Source: Eledone cirrhosa (Eukaryota). From it: a DNA stretch of 64,000 nt. Shown here one piece after another: positions 12,501 to 27,360 of this stretch (positions within the stretch are counted from its first letter, which is position 1; each line of letters starts with the position of its first letter). The position numbers and the translations under genes were made by a program. The notes below the pieces were generated by a model. That model was not told the origin of the DNA. It saw only the letters and a list, made by a program, of their open reading frames with translations, and ran no database searches. The DNA lies in contig OZ024741.1 of NCBI GenBank assembly GCA_964016885.1, forward strand, positions 322,710,001-322,774,000. The letters are read 5' to 3'.

Positions 12501-14873
12501 GCTTCCAGTAGCCGTGTCCTCGTCTATGGAGCCTATCTAAGTCAAGCATACAGATCACGAATTTGTGGTCCGTGTAGCTGACTATCTTGAATTGTGGACA
12601 GCCTATGCTAGACCTATCTATTTCCCTACAAAATACTCTATCTAGATATGATCTGGATGACCCTATGCGATTTGTCCAAGTCCACATTGGTACATTCGGG
12701 AAATCCAATCGGTACACCTGTCAGACAGTTCAAAACGCCTGAGCAGGTTGGTGAGACTCTTGTACCCTCCTCCCCTATCCACTAATCCCACACATTCCCA
12801 GCGTGCATCTAAGATCCCGTTCCAGTCGCCCACTAACACTAAAAAGGGGGACGTTCCAAGAAAGGTCTCCAGACGCCGGAAGAAATCAGGCCGCCCTGCT
12901 CCTGTCGGGGCATAGACGGCCACTAACCTGAAAGATTGCCCGTCTCCGCTGGTCACGTCCAGCACCACCAACTTACCTTCTGGGTCCAGGAAGATGGCCC
13001 GTATGGCAAGATCCAAACCTCTCCGAAAAAGCACAGCAACTCCACCCTCCGATCCCGGACGGCTGGGAGATGCGTACACATCGTAGCCGCCGAAGATTGG
13101 TGCGAAGGCCCATGCTTCGGATGCTGGTGTAGATGCTGGTGTGGATGGTGGCATATCTGTCCTAACTTTTTTGTTTGTTAATTTATTTGTTTCCCTCTGT
13201 ATTTTGTTTTTGGAGGGGGAAGGAAGAGAATTTTTTCTTTTTTGGTTTCTTTTTTTCTTTTTTCCTGATACCGTTTCCCACTCCTCGTCGTCACAATCTG
13301 TCTCCAGTTGTGATAGGCCGGGGAGTGGAAAATCCTCCACAGGCGTTAGTTTTGGTTGTGGCGTGGTGGATGGTGTAGGCGCTGGTGCTAGTTCTGAAGC
13401 GTTGGGTGGTGGTGGTGTTGGTTTTGCTACTGTTGCTGGGGTTGTTGCTGTTATAGTTGCTTCTTTTGTTGCTGCAACAGTTGTTGCTGCCAACTCTGCT
13501 ACTGGTGGTGTTGATGGTTGAGTCACTGGGGTGGGTAGGAGAGGTGGCCTCAAACTTTTAGCCCGAGGGCAGAAAGCCCTTAGGTGGGTTCCTTCACCAC
13601 AAACGACACACCTAGGCCTTCTGCCGTCGACAATTACGGTGAGGTGGTTGCCGTCAGTGAGGTCTATTACCTCTGGGATCTCCTCAATGCTTTTTTGGTC
13701 CGCTTGGATCAGGAGCTCCATCCCAGACCCGGACCAGTTCTCCTGCTTTTCTTTTGCTATTGCTATTATCTTGGTGTTGGCTTCGATGCCGGCGAGGACG
13801 GCCGCTATTAGCCAGGGAATTTCGATGGCCGGTGGAACGTGGGTCACCCTGATCTTTACGAGTCTCTGGCCACAATAGCTTGGGACGAGTGTGAAGTCGT
13901 CACTTCTTAATGGGGCCATGGAGTGTTCGCTAGCCTCCTCTGGTGTTTCAAAGAAAACGTCCACGGTTCCATACCTCTGCCCACGTCTGATGTGGGTTTT
14001 TCTTGCCCACACATGTCCCAAAGCTTTTTGGATTTGAGACTCGGATGCCCGTTCCACTCGGCGCGATTTTACATTTATTGTTCGATACGACACGGTGCAT
14101 AGGCGCCGATGCTCGATTTTATTAGGTGGGGGGAGGGGGTGAGGCTGACCCTGTATCCATCTTTCTTTACCATTTTTTTGGCATTTTCTAATTCCTCCTG
14201 AGTTACCTGAAATGCCTCGCACTGTTTTTGCTACTCTGGCAAAACTCAGGGTGGTTTTTTTAATGCCATTGTTGCTGTTGTTGTTATCGTTATTTTTGTT
14301 ATTATTAATTTTAGTTTCAGTTGTGGTGGTGGTGACGTCAGTGGTGTTCGGTGTGGAAGAGTCCATTTTGGTTGAATTCATTTCGTCATCACGAGTTAAT
14401 TTATTTTTTTCTTTTGTTTCTGTTGTCGCGGTGGTGGTGGGGGTGGGGGTTGTCGCAGTGGTGGTGGTGGTGGCGGCTTTAACACCTGCAGTCATTGGTA
14501 ATGGCGGGAAATGAATGACTGCCTGAGACAAATTTAAAATATTGCTAGTGTTTAAATTTTTAGTGTTGGCAAACGTAGTAATATTTACAATGTTGGTGTC
14601 GGTGTGAGATGTTAGTTTGTGAGGAAGGCTGTCAGCTTCGTGTGGCTTTGAGACTTCCATGTTTTTTTCAAAGAAATGTTTTTTTTGCTAATTATAAAAG
14701 TTAAAATTTTGGGCACAAGGCCCCAATCTCTTTGGGTGTCCTTTTCGGAAGACAATGTTAACAATGTTATATACAGTTAACAATAAAATTTTCCATAAAT
14801 GGCAATTTTTAACAAACGGAAACAACAAACATTTGCGGAGCTCACGATGATACGATTTACTACGTAGGTCGCC
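9532..14873 (-). mobile_element. Tx1 copy 4, near full length, with a chimeric 3' end
   Basis: ORF1 starts at 14660. ORF2 pieces 11866-12717, 10465-11838 (YADD) and 9830-10519 follow. The 3' ~670 bp match the copy 5 subfamily. Confidence 0.95.
12663..14660 (-). CDS. 665-aa ORF1/APE in-frame fusion created by deletion of the ORF1 end and ORF2 start
   Basis: ORF1 with zinc knuckle CVVCGEGTHLRAFC runs through STPASTPAS into EAWAFAPIFGG...VYAP...GDWNG. Expression is unknown. Confidence 0.6.
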   Translation of the reverse strand: MEVSKPHEADSLPHKLTSHTDTNIVNITTFANTKNLNTSNILNLSQAVIHFPPLPMTAGVKAATTTTTATTPTPTTTATTETKEKNKLTRDDEMNSTKMDSSTPNTTDVTTTTTETKINNNKNNDNNNSNNGIKKTTLSFARVAKTVRGISGNSGGIRKCQKNGKERWIQGQPHPLPPPNKIEHRRLCTVSYRTINVKSRRVERASESQIQKALGHVWARKTHIRRGQRYGTVDVFFETPEEASEHSMAPLRSDDFTLVPSYCGQRLVKIRVTHVPPAIEIPWLIAAVLAGIEANTKIIAIAKEKQENWSGSGMELLIQADQKSIEEIPEVIDLTDGNHLTVIVDGRRPRCVVCGEGTHLRAFCPRAKSLRPPLLPTPVTQPSTPPVAELAATTVAATKEATITATTPATVAKPTPPPPNASELAPAPTPSTTPQPKLTPVEDFPLPGLSQLETDCDDEEWETVSGKKKKRNQKRKNSLPSPSKNKIQRETNKLTNKKVRTDMPPSTPASTPASEAWAFAPIFGGYDVYASPSRPGSEGGVAVLFRRGLDLAIRAIFLDPEGKLVVLDVTSGDGQSFRLVAVYAPTGAGRPDFFRRLETFLGTSPFLVLVGDWNGILDARWECVGLVDRGGGYKSLTNLLRRFELSDRCTDWISRMYQCGLGQIA

Positions 14874-14922
<49 letters not shown>

Positions 14923-14933
14923 TTAATAATAAT

Positions 14934-16354
14934 GATTTCTTTATTGGCCACAAGGGCTGACATCAAGAAAAATATTACAGACGGCACAGGACGGTACGAT
15001 GTGGGTTTTGTGCGTGTAAATATTTTTATTATTTATATAAGAAAAGAAAAAAAAAGGATATAAAGCATATATATATATATAAACAATGAAATTGAAAATT
15101 GAAATAATGAAAAATTCCCCAATAGAGGGGAAACCTCCGAGGGTTACTCGTGGCGAAAACCACACAAAAGACCACGGCCACCCTGACGACCAGGGCAAGC
15201 GCCCTCTCTCAATTTTTCCATCACTCAAACTACAGACGTATATATACTCGGACCATTCTCGCTACATTCACCCATCTTTCAACAAACTTGCTAGAAAGCA
15301 GCACTTGCCTCTCCACCCTGATTTTTCTCTTCAAGTGAAACTTGAAAAAGTTAATTAGGGATTCGCCGAAGAGGAAAGTGTTTGTCTTTAACCCTTTTAA
15401 CCTTGTCCACCACACAATCTCTTTCGCCATGGCCACCAGGCAGATGAAAACCGCCTGCCCTTCCTCCTCGAAGGATGACGGCGAGACGATCTGCACAATG
15501 GACTCAGTCGACAACCGGATCAGTCCCACACGTGAGCAGCAACTGTTCGACATAGATCCACAAGTCAGCAATGCTCGGGCACTGAACGAGTGCGTGCACA
15601 ACGGTTTCGTCGCTCTGCGCGCATCTCGGACAGGCTCGGCTGACGGCACTTCCGTGCCTGTAGAGCTTATCTCGAACCGGCAGCGCTCCCCGGTAGCACT
15701 GCCAGGCCAGGGATTTTTGGAAGTTATCCATAGGCCCCGGGCTGAAAGTTCTCCGGAAGAGAGCAAACAGCTGATCTTCGACGCCCAGGATCTCTCCGAG
15801 AATGTCGTCGCTCTTCCCCTCCACTAGTCCTCTATAGAACGCCGAGGTGGATGTTCCACCGATACTGGTTCCCAACTGGGAGAGGGCAGTGAGCGCCTGG
15901 AGACATTCCAGTTTCCAAGCGCTATCCCTCGGTCTTTTTCTGACCCAGGACTGCAGCTCCGTCAAGGAGACGAGCTGTGGGAAAACGTGCCTGGAGAACG
16001 GCGACCACAACTGTTCACCGTCAAGGAAGCACCAGAGATGTCGCAGCCTCAGCGCATGTTTGCGCATCATCAGCCACGGCATGCCCAGTCCTCCACGCAA
16101 CGGGTGTTGACAGCAGATGGATCGTCTGACCATGGGAGCGCGTCCCTTCCACAAAAAGCGGAAGAGGAGGCGCTCCATTTTGGTGAGAGTTGGGCTGGAG
16201 CAAGGGACGACGGTGAGGCGGTAGCAGATGACGGATGCGATGTATGCATTCGCCAGTTCCGCCCGGCCTTTCAGGGACAGCTTCCTCTCAGCCCATTTCT
16301 GGGTGAGGGAGGCCACCCTGCTCGTCACCTCGTTCCAGTTTTTCTCCATCTGGA
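14934..16354 (-). mobile_element. Tx1 copy 5 (second subfamily), 5'-truncated, AAT-rich on both sides
   Basis: ORFs 15504-16349 and 15230-15766 encode the ORF2 C-terminus. AAT runs lie at 14874-14933 and 16359-16380. Confidence 0.92.
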
Positions 16355-16474
16355 TATTAATAATAATAGTAATAATAATAAATTTGAAGACTAAAATCCA
16401 AAGAGTTTCAGAAGATCCCGTTAAGGGTGAAAGCAGCGATTCTTTGCTTAAACTGTAATCTGTTATTTTAATAA

Positions 16475-17446
<972 letters not shown>

Positions 17447-17510
17447 AAAAATCTGAAAAAAATGAATAAGTGGTTGGGGTTGGGGGTGGGTGATTATTTG
17501 AAACCCAAGA

Positions 17511-17607
<97 letters not shown>

Positions 17608-17733
17608 TAGTAAAGGTGCAATTGGATTGCATTCACAGGCGCTATCCCTAGATGAGCACTCGATGCTATTGGGGAACAGAGTGCCGATAATAATGAATTC
17701 AGCAGCATTTGAACGTGAGTCTACATGTGACAA

Positions 17734-17824
17734 CACATATCTGAGGAGCATTCGATTCCAGAGTCCGGAACGAACATAATCGATCGTTCCACGAGCTGAT
17801 CGGCAGCGAAACATGTGGTATGTG
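17734..17824 (+). ncRNA. Hammerhead fold with long stem II; G at the cleavage site
   Basis: CACATAT-CTGAGGA-GC..(60 nt, including GGAACGA/TCGTTCC)..GC-GAA-ACATGT-G-GTATGTG. Stem I is 7 bp and stem III is palindromic. Confidence 0.65.
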
Positions 17825-17874
17825 ATTAAATATGTATATGATGCAACACTGATTCTTGTTCCCTAATTAATATA

Positions 17875-17960
<86 letters not shown>

Positions 17961-18864
17961 GTGTGTGTGTGTGTGTTCGTGTGTACAGAGTTGTAATGGC
18001 AATCGACTAGGTTCCTACATATCTATCTATCTTCGAACAATAAAACCATCTATCTATTTATCTATTTATCTATTTATCACATCTATGTTTGTCTATTCAT
18101 GTGTCTCTTTATGTCTCTCTGTCTGTCCCTCTCTCTTTTTCTCTCTCTTTATATATATATATATATATATATATATTCATCTATCACTCTATTTAAATTT
18201 ACCAATGTATCTATCTTCGGACAAAAATAACAAAACAAGAACAAAGCAGGAATCCCAATGGAAGCCCGAAGATAGACAGATAAATAAATAGAACAAAGTC
18301 ATTGTAATTTTGTGGATATATGTTTGATTATGTTTAAAGAAAATATGGAAGAAAATGATAAATAATTGATTTGAATGAATGGAAAATGAAATGCGGCAAA
18401 GGCCGAAATGACAAGAGAATAATGGAGGACTCAAGCATCTTTTCATAGAATGTAGTCAAGGAATTATTATATTAATATATTTTTGACATAAAATCTGTAT
18501 ATAGATATTCACATTTATATATATATATATCTAAACGTGTAAACATGTCTTATTTACGTATTTTTCCGTAGACGGAAAAAAAGATGGACATCTTAACCAT
18601 TTTCAGATTTCGGAGAGAAGTATGTAAATAAAACCCATCAAATGTGGCAGTAGCAACAAACTGGACTAAAAGGATAAAATAGTGTGTTAACTTACTCATT
18701 GCAAACTCTCATCTTCTACATTCTCATTTCTCATCAGTAACATCCATTACTATCAAATACTCTCTTTTTCAAAAGTCAAAGCGCCTGGCTGGCCTTGTGG
18801 TTATGATGTTCGACTCACGGCCAAGAGTTCCATTTCTGAGTCAAGCGGTACGTTGTCTTCTTTA

Positions 18865-19015
18865 CAGACCTGTCAACTCTCCCCCTCCGACGGGGAGATC
18901 TCCCACCCACTTTAGGGTGGGTGAGAGATCTCGTCTCTTATAAAAATGGCTATAGCTTTCATTGTGTAAAATCTCCCCATTTTGCCTCATTTCTCCTCGT
19001 TTTGGGGCACTTTAC
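18865..19015 (+). mobile_element. Partial MITE (CAGACCTGTCAAC family) next to a SINE head at 18781-18860
   Basis: Matches copies at 31520-31713 and 34634-34813. Confidence 0.7.
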
Positions 19016-19211
19016 TGCTGGGAGAGTCATTGGAGTTTCGTATTGACATACGGCTTTTCTGGGGTATATTGCAAATAACAACCCGAAAAATAACATTTTA
19101 TATAACAGATTAATGCTATAGACATATGAATCGGAATGTTTAAATTATTTATTGTTTACGATAATATGACAACACCCATAGTGTTGTACTTCTGGCAATT
19201 CTGCCAAATAC

Positions 19212-19801
19212 ACTGCCAAGGATGAACCTTTTCCCCTCGGCGTCAGCTATCCCGTTCGATTTCCGGCGATCCCAATTCCCGGTGAGACCATGTTTTGCCA
19301 TGTCCGTTAACAAGTCACAAGTGCAAACATTGTCGGTAGCGGGCATCTATTTGGGGAGCCATGCTTCTCCCATGGCCAACTTTATGTTGCCTGTTGCCGC
19401 GTAGGGAGCAGGAATGGACTTTTTGCTTACACTCCTCAAGGGATGACAGACAATATCGTCTACAAAGAGGTGCTATAGATGTTCGTGCAGGTGTTGGAGG
19501 TGTTGGAGCTATGCCGTCTGGAAAACTATTTCCTGGTAGGGTCACCCATGGCGGACAGATCTGACACCCAACGGCATCAGGGCCACCATCTTGCAACTTT
19601 GGTCTGCTAAATTCGCTATTGGAAGATTATTAACCCATCATTGATTGTCCAAAATGGTAATTGGTTCGTAACTTTTAATAACCTGTTCAACTGCTTTATG
19701 CACTTAATTGATAAGCTTATTCGCTTTCAAGCCACGTTTACCTGTATGTAACTTTTCATAGCAAATGAACAAACCCGAGCAACGCCAGGCTAAACTACTA
19801 G
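19212..19801 (+). mobile_element. Helitron 3' fragment (Pif1-type helicase C-terminus, 3' hairpin and CTAG)
   Basis: Reads LPRMNLFPSASAIPFDFRRSQFPVRPCFAMSVNKSQVQTL, then after a frameshift EPCFSHGQLYVACCRV..NIVYKEVL*. Terminal CCCGAGCAACGCCAGG is followed by CTAG|T at 19798-19802. Confidence 0.88.
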
Positions 19802-19914
19802 TATATATATATATGATGCGTTCGTGAACGCGTCGCGTAAAATAAATTCGCTAATTCAAATGTAATTTTCCCATAAATAAAAATATTAACAACCGCACGA
19901 GTTAAAGCGCATTA

Positions 19915-19969
19915 TTCACGCAAAGTGAATATTTAATAGTATTTTTTCAAGAGGAGTTGAAGGCGAACG

Positions 19970-20055
<86 letters not shown>

Positions 20056-20395
20056 AGGTTATATTTAATTTATTGGGATACAACAAGCAAAATATTTTTA
20101 TAACTGATATAAAGCACTCAACAAATTATTGGAGTAAATATACAATATATTAACAAATGGAAACTATATTTATAAAATCATATTTATTTCATTATACATA
20201 TTTCAAGGGCCATCAAGGCAAATTATGGTGCCAGAATGGTTGCATTTTTTCAGGGTATGTCAATATTTATTTATAAAACTAACCTATATTATATTTTATC
20301 TGATGAAAGCGCACCATAATTTGCCTTGGTGGCCCTTGAAATATGTATAATGAAATAAATATGGTTTTATAAATATAGTTTCCATTTGTTAATAT

Positions 20396-20477
<82 letters not shown>

Positions 20478-20535
20478 CTGTTCGCCTTCAACTCCTCTTG
20501 AAAAAATACTATTAAATATTCAATTTGCGTGAATA
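19915..20535. repeat. Fold-back unit with nested inverted arms around a hammerhead
   Basis: 19915-19975 pairs with 20474-20535, and 20142-20230 pairs with 20311-20400. Confidence 0.85.
20292..20357 (+). ncRNA. Type-I hammerhead ribozyme fold
   Basis: TATTTTAT-CTGATGA-AAGCGCACCA..TGGTGGCCCTT-GAA-ATATGTAT-A-ATGAAATA; 8-bp stem I. Confidence 0.7.
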
Positions 20536-20544
20536 TATATGTAT

Positions 20545-22110
<1,566 letters not shown>

Positions 22111-22267
22111 AGAGGGTGTGATGAGAGTGATTAATAGATAGAGAGATATTCTAGAAAAGCGACAGGAGAATCCGAGACGGAGGCGGTGAAATTGAGAGCA
22201 GGATGGAAAGAGAGGACAAAAGAAAGCAGACAAGCTATTCTCGTGATAGAGAAGGGAAGAGGAAAGA

Positions 22268-22560
22268 GGCGCATGGCTTAGAAGTTAAAGCGTTGAGTTC
22301 GATTCCTGGACCGGGTGATGCTTTGTGTCCTTGAGCAAGACACTTTATTTCACGTTCGTCCAGTTTACTCACCTGTAGAAATGGATTGCAGCGTCACTGG
22401 TGCCAAGTTGCACCGGCCATTGTCTTTTTCTTGGACAACATCGGTGGCGTGAAAAGGAGAGGCTGGTATAATAATAATAATAATGAAATTATTGTGTAGT
22501 GCTCAGGTGCACCATATACATGGGTGACTGCTGGTCTTCCTCAAAACTCCTTTCCCAGAG
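22268..22560 (+). mobile_element. tRNA-derived SINE, second family
   Basis: A box-like TGGCTTAG, B box GAGTTCGATTCC, and a GTGTCCTTGAGCAAGACACTT core. Confidence 0.65.
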
Positions 22561-22573
22561 GGGATCATTCTAG

Positions 22574-22635
<62 letters not shown>

Positions 22636-22903
22636 TCTGTTTTTTGTTTTGCTAGGTTTTTTGACCGTTGGTCAATCAATGATAAACATTGATTGCCAGA
22701 TAAATTAACTGTGGAGATATAAAAGATACAGAAGCGAAAACCAACCCAAATCAAATCCCGCCGAGGTTAACTTTGCCTTTCATCCTTATGGGGTCGATAA
22801 AATAAAGTACCAGTAATGCACTGTTTAATTGCTGGCTATGTGCCAAAAGTAGAAACAATTATTATTTCTGGCAATATTATAACAATATGATCCTCGCGTC
22901 CCC

Positions 22904-22978
<75 letters not shown>

Positions 22979-23348
22979 CATATATATGACCCTCTCCTCA
23001 AATATAACATATAACAATATATATATTCATATATATATATATATTTGTGTGTGTGTGTGTCTGTCAGTGTGTCTGTGTGTGTGTGTATACATATATATAT
23101 ATTATATATATATATGTATATATATATATGTATAATTGTTTCTACTTTTGGCACAAGGCCAGCAATAACTCAGTACATTACTGGTACTTTATTTATAAAT
23201 ATGTATAATGCGCATAAACACACGCATACATTAATGCACATGTGTATACACTTGCACACGCATAATTAGTCTGGCGAACACACAGATATCCACCTATACA
23301 GCAGTAATAACTATAGCAATAGTTCTCATTATAATGTATAAAGTAAGA

Positions 23349-23531
23349 GGGCGGTGACTTGGCAGTATCGGTAGAGGGTCTGACGCCGTACTTTGAGTTA
23401 CGGCCCTTGCCATTCTGAGTTCAAATCCCGCCGAGGTTAACTTTGCCTTTCATCCTTACGGAGTCGATAAAATAAAGTACCAGTAATGTACTGGTATATT
23501 GGTGGCCTTGTGCCAAAAGTCGAAACAATTA
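23349..23531 (+). mobile_element. ATT-tailed tRNA-derived SINE; partial copies at 22751-22865, 23131-23190 and 24515-24640
   Basis: A box TGGCAGTATCGG, B box GAGTTCAAATCC, core GCCTTTCATCCTTACGGGGTCGATAAAATAAAGTACCAG (Meta-domain-like), tail GGCCTTGTGCCAAAAGT(A/C)GAAACAATT. Confidence 0.9.
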
Positions 23532-23639
23532 TAATGTATAAAATATTTCTCATGCACAGGAACAAACCCTTACACACACACACATATACATACATACGTA
23601 AATACGCAAAGAGAGACATACATCGACACATATTCATGC

Positions 23640-24050
23640 CGACACATACATGGACACACAGACAGAGACGTACATACACACACATACACACACACATACA
23701 CACACACATACACACACACACGTACGTACATACATAGACACACAGACAGAGACGTACATACACCCACACACACATACACCCACACAGACACACACACAGA
23801 CACACACACACACGCAGACGTACATACATAGACACACAGACAGAGACGTACATACACACACACACATATATACACACACACACACACACACACGCAGACG
23901 TACATACATAGACACACACATACACACACACACGCAGACGTACATACATAGACACACAGACGTAGACGTACATACATAGACACACAGACGCAGACGTACA
24001 TACATAGACACACAGACACAGACGTACCTACATAGACACACAGACACACG
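23640..24050. repeat. Compound CA-derived minisatellite (GACACACAGACAGAGACGTACATACATA-like)
   Basis: Repeated GACGTACATAC motif within (CA)n. Confidence 0.85.
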
Positions 24051-24351
24051 TTTATTCAACAATGTCGTTCTATTGTCTTCGGTACTGAATGTGACACCTC
24101 AGCATTGCTCCTCAACAAATTCAATGACGACTACTTGAAAATTGTCTCTTCTGATATATTCATTGATTAAGTGGTTAGATATCGTGGGCGCGGACATACA
24201 GACATAGACATATGGAAAAAGTCTGTGTGTGTGTGTGTGTGTTTAGCTCTAGTTTTCTTAACTATTGAGCGCTTGCCAGCATTTTTACGATTTTGCGTTT
24301 CGGTTCGCTTTTTCTACCAGCCGAAATACGATTCTCGCTGAATTATATTTG

Positions 24352-24388
<37 letters not shown>

Positions 24389-24638
24389 TACATACATATG
24401 TGTGTGTGTATAAATTACACACTACTCAATCAACTATGTTCAAAACCTTTTATTGCTGACAATCGTTTCTTCTAAACTTTCGTTTGGAATCAATATAAGT
24501 ATAAATGATATTGTCCTTGCCATTCTGAGTTCAAATCCCACCGAGGTTGACTTTGCCTTTCATCCTTACAGAGTCGATAAAATAAAATACCAGTAATGCA
24601 CTGGATAATTGCTGGCCTTGTGCCCAAAGTAGAAACAA

Positions 24639-24698
<60 letters not shown>

Positions 24699-24718
24699 GA
24701 GAAAGAAAGTATGACCCA

Positions 24719-24764
<46 letters not shown>

Positions 24765-24894
24765 ATGTATATATATACACACATATATATGTATATATGC
24801 ATATATATATATGTGTATATACTGTATATATATATACACATATATATATGTATATATACATATATGTGTGTGTATATATATATATCTATATATC

Positions 24895-24925
<31 letters not shown>

Positions 24926-24928
24926 ATT

Positions 24929-24965
<37 letters not shown>

Positions 24966-25088
24966 GTGTGTGTGTGTGTGTTTGTTTGTGTGGTGTTGTG
25001 GGGCTGTTTGGATGTGTGTGACACAAAAAAACAAGATGGCGTAGGATAGAACAAAGGAGAGGCACAAAAACAAAGAAAAGAATCCTCA

Positions 25089-25131
25089 GTCACTGAAGAG
25101 GTCACAGAATGTGTGACGAAAGAACTTTGAC
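25089..25131 (+). ncRNA. Minimal type-I hammerhead ribozyme, intact core
   Basis: GTCA-CTGAAGA-G-GTCACA(GAATG)TGTGAC-GAA-AGAACT-T-TGAC; same family as 16882 and 17352. Confidence 0.75.
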
Positions 25132-25638
25132 AGTATATGAATAACCGTCCGGTTGTGTAACCAACCAACCAACCGGAAATTTATAAATTCTTAAATTTAT
25201 AAATTTAATTTATAATAAATTGGAGTGAAAGCAACTGGTGCGTGTGTTTCTTATTGGCAACATGACTCTCCCAAAGCATAGCAATATATATATATATATA
25301 TATATATCGTCATATATAATCGTCAGTTGCCTTAACTTCACCACGAGCAAATCTACACCAATCAAACCAATACTCTCCACAAACTGAAGCAAATACAATC
25401 CAGAAATCTACTCTGAAACCCACTTACAAAAGACAAGATAAAAACCTATGTCGGTCTTCAAAACCACACCCAGACACTCAGCATGACAACTAAACTGTAC
25501 TCATTTCTACTGTGGGGGCGAAGGACGTCATCTATCTGGGAGCCGCTGTACTATGTGGTTTCTAGACGAGAGACAAGTAGTTATATTGATAATTAGATAC
25601 AGAGATATAGGTAGCTAGAAATGTAGGTAGGCTGGTTG

Positions 25639-25717
<79 letters not shown>

Positions 25718-25751
25718 GCCATATATATATATATATAAATATGTATATATG

Positions 25752-25827
<76 letters not shown>

Positions 25828-26269
25828 TATACTCTTTTACTCTTTTACCTGTTTCAGCCATCCGGCTGAGGCCATGCTGGGGCACCGCCCTTGGGTATAT
25901 ATATATATACACACACAGCCAGATATATATATATAAATATGTATATATGTATGTATATATATATATATATATATATACAGAGAGAGAGAGAGAGAGAGGG
26001 GGGGAGTGACAGAGAGAGAGAGAGAGAGAGGGGGGGAGTGACAGAGAGAGAGAGAGATTTTCAATGACAAAGTTACTACAATGCCATACGACTGTACAAT
26101 AGAAATTATCTTCTTTGTTGAACTGAAACAAACGTACACATATATATGTATATACATATACATCGTTTTGTTGTTGGTGTTGTTGGTGTTGTCTTTATTG
26201 CTACCAACATCTCACCACGTTACTGACCACTCTCTCTACCGTCCACCATATTACTGACAACCTACCACC

Positions 26270-27360
26270 ATATTACAGTCAATCGTCCACCATATAACTG
26301 TCAACCGTCCACCATATTACTGTCAACCGTCCACCATATAACTGTCAACTGTCCACCATATTACTGTCAACCGTCCACCATATAACTGTCAACCGTCCAC
26401 CATATAACTGTCAACCGTCCACCATATAACCGTCAACCGTCCACCATATAACTGTCAACCGTCCACCATATAACCGTCAACAGTCAACCATATAACTGTC
26501 AACCGTCCACCATATAACCGTCAGCCGTCCACCATATAACTGTCAACCGTCCACCATATAACCGTCAACCGTCCACCATATAACCGTCAACCGTCCACCA
26601 TATAACTGTCAACCGTCCACCATATAACTGTCAACCGTCCACCATATAACCGTCAACAGTCAACCATATAACTGTCAACCGTCCACCATATAACCGTCAG
26701 CCGTCCACTATATAACTGTCAACCGTCCACCATATAACCGTCAACCGTCCACCATATAACCGTCAACCGTCCACCATATAACTGTCAACCGTCCACCATA
26801 TAACCGTCAACCATCCACCATATAACCGTCAACCGTCCACCATATAACTGTCAACCGTCTACCATATAACCGTCAACCGTCCACCATATAACCGTCAACC
26901 GTCTACCATATAACCGTCAACCGTCCACCATATAACCGTCAACCGTCCACCATATAACTGTCAACCGTCTACCATATAACCGTCAACCGTCCACCATATA
27001 ACCGTCAACCGTTTACCATATAACCGTCAACCGTCTACCATATAACTGTCAACCGTCCATCATATAACCGTCAAACGTCTACCATATAACCGTCAACCGT
27101 CCACCATATAACCGTCAACCGTCCACCATATAACCGTCACCCGTCCACCATATAACTGTCAACCGTCCACCATATAACTGTCAACCGTCCACCATATAAC
27201 CGTCAACCGTCCACCATATAACCGTCAACCGTCCACCATATAACTGTCAACCGTCTACCATATAACCGTCAACCGTCCACCATATAACCGTCAACCGTCT
27301 ACCATATAACCGTCAACCGTCTACCATATAACTGTCAACCGTCCACCATATAACTGTCTA
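26270..27360. repeat. 22-bp minisatellite, ~49 copies, unit CCACCATATAAC(C/T)GTCAACCGT
   Basis: Contiguous tandem units with no spacers. Confidence 0.97.

Noticed and set aside
9-16458. Plus-strand ORFs over the Tx1 array
   Set aside because: They are antisense shadows of LINE ORFs with no recognisable domains.
23349-23440. tRNA gene
   Set aside because: The A and B boxes belong to SINE heads; no cloverleaf forms and each is followed by the SINE core.
26270-27360. CRISPR array
   Set aside because: Units are contiguous with no unique spacers, there are no cas genes, and the context is eukaryotic.
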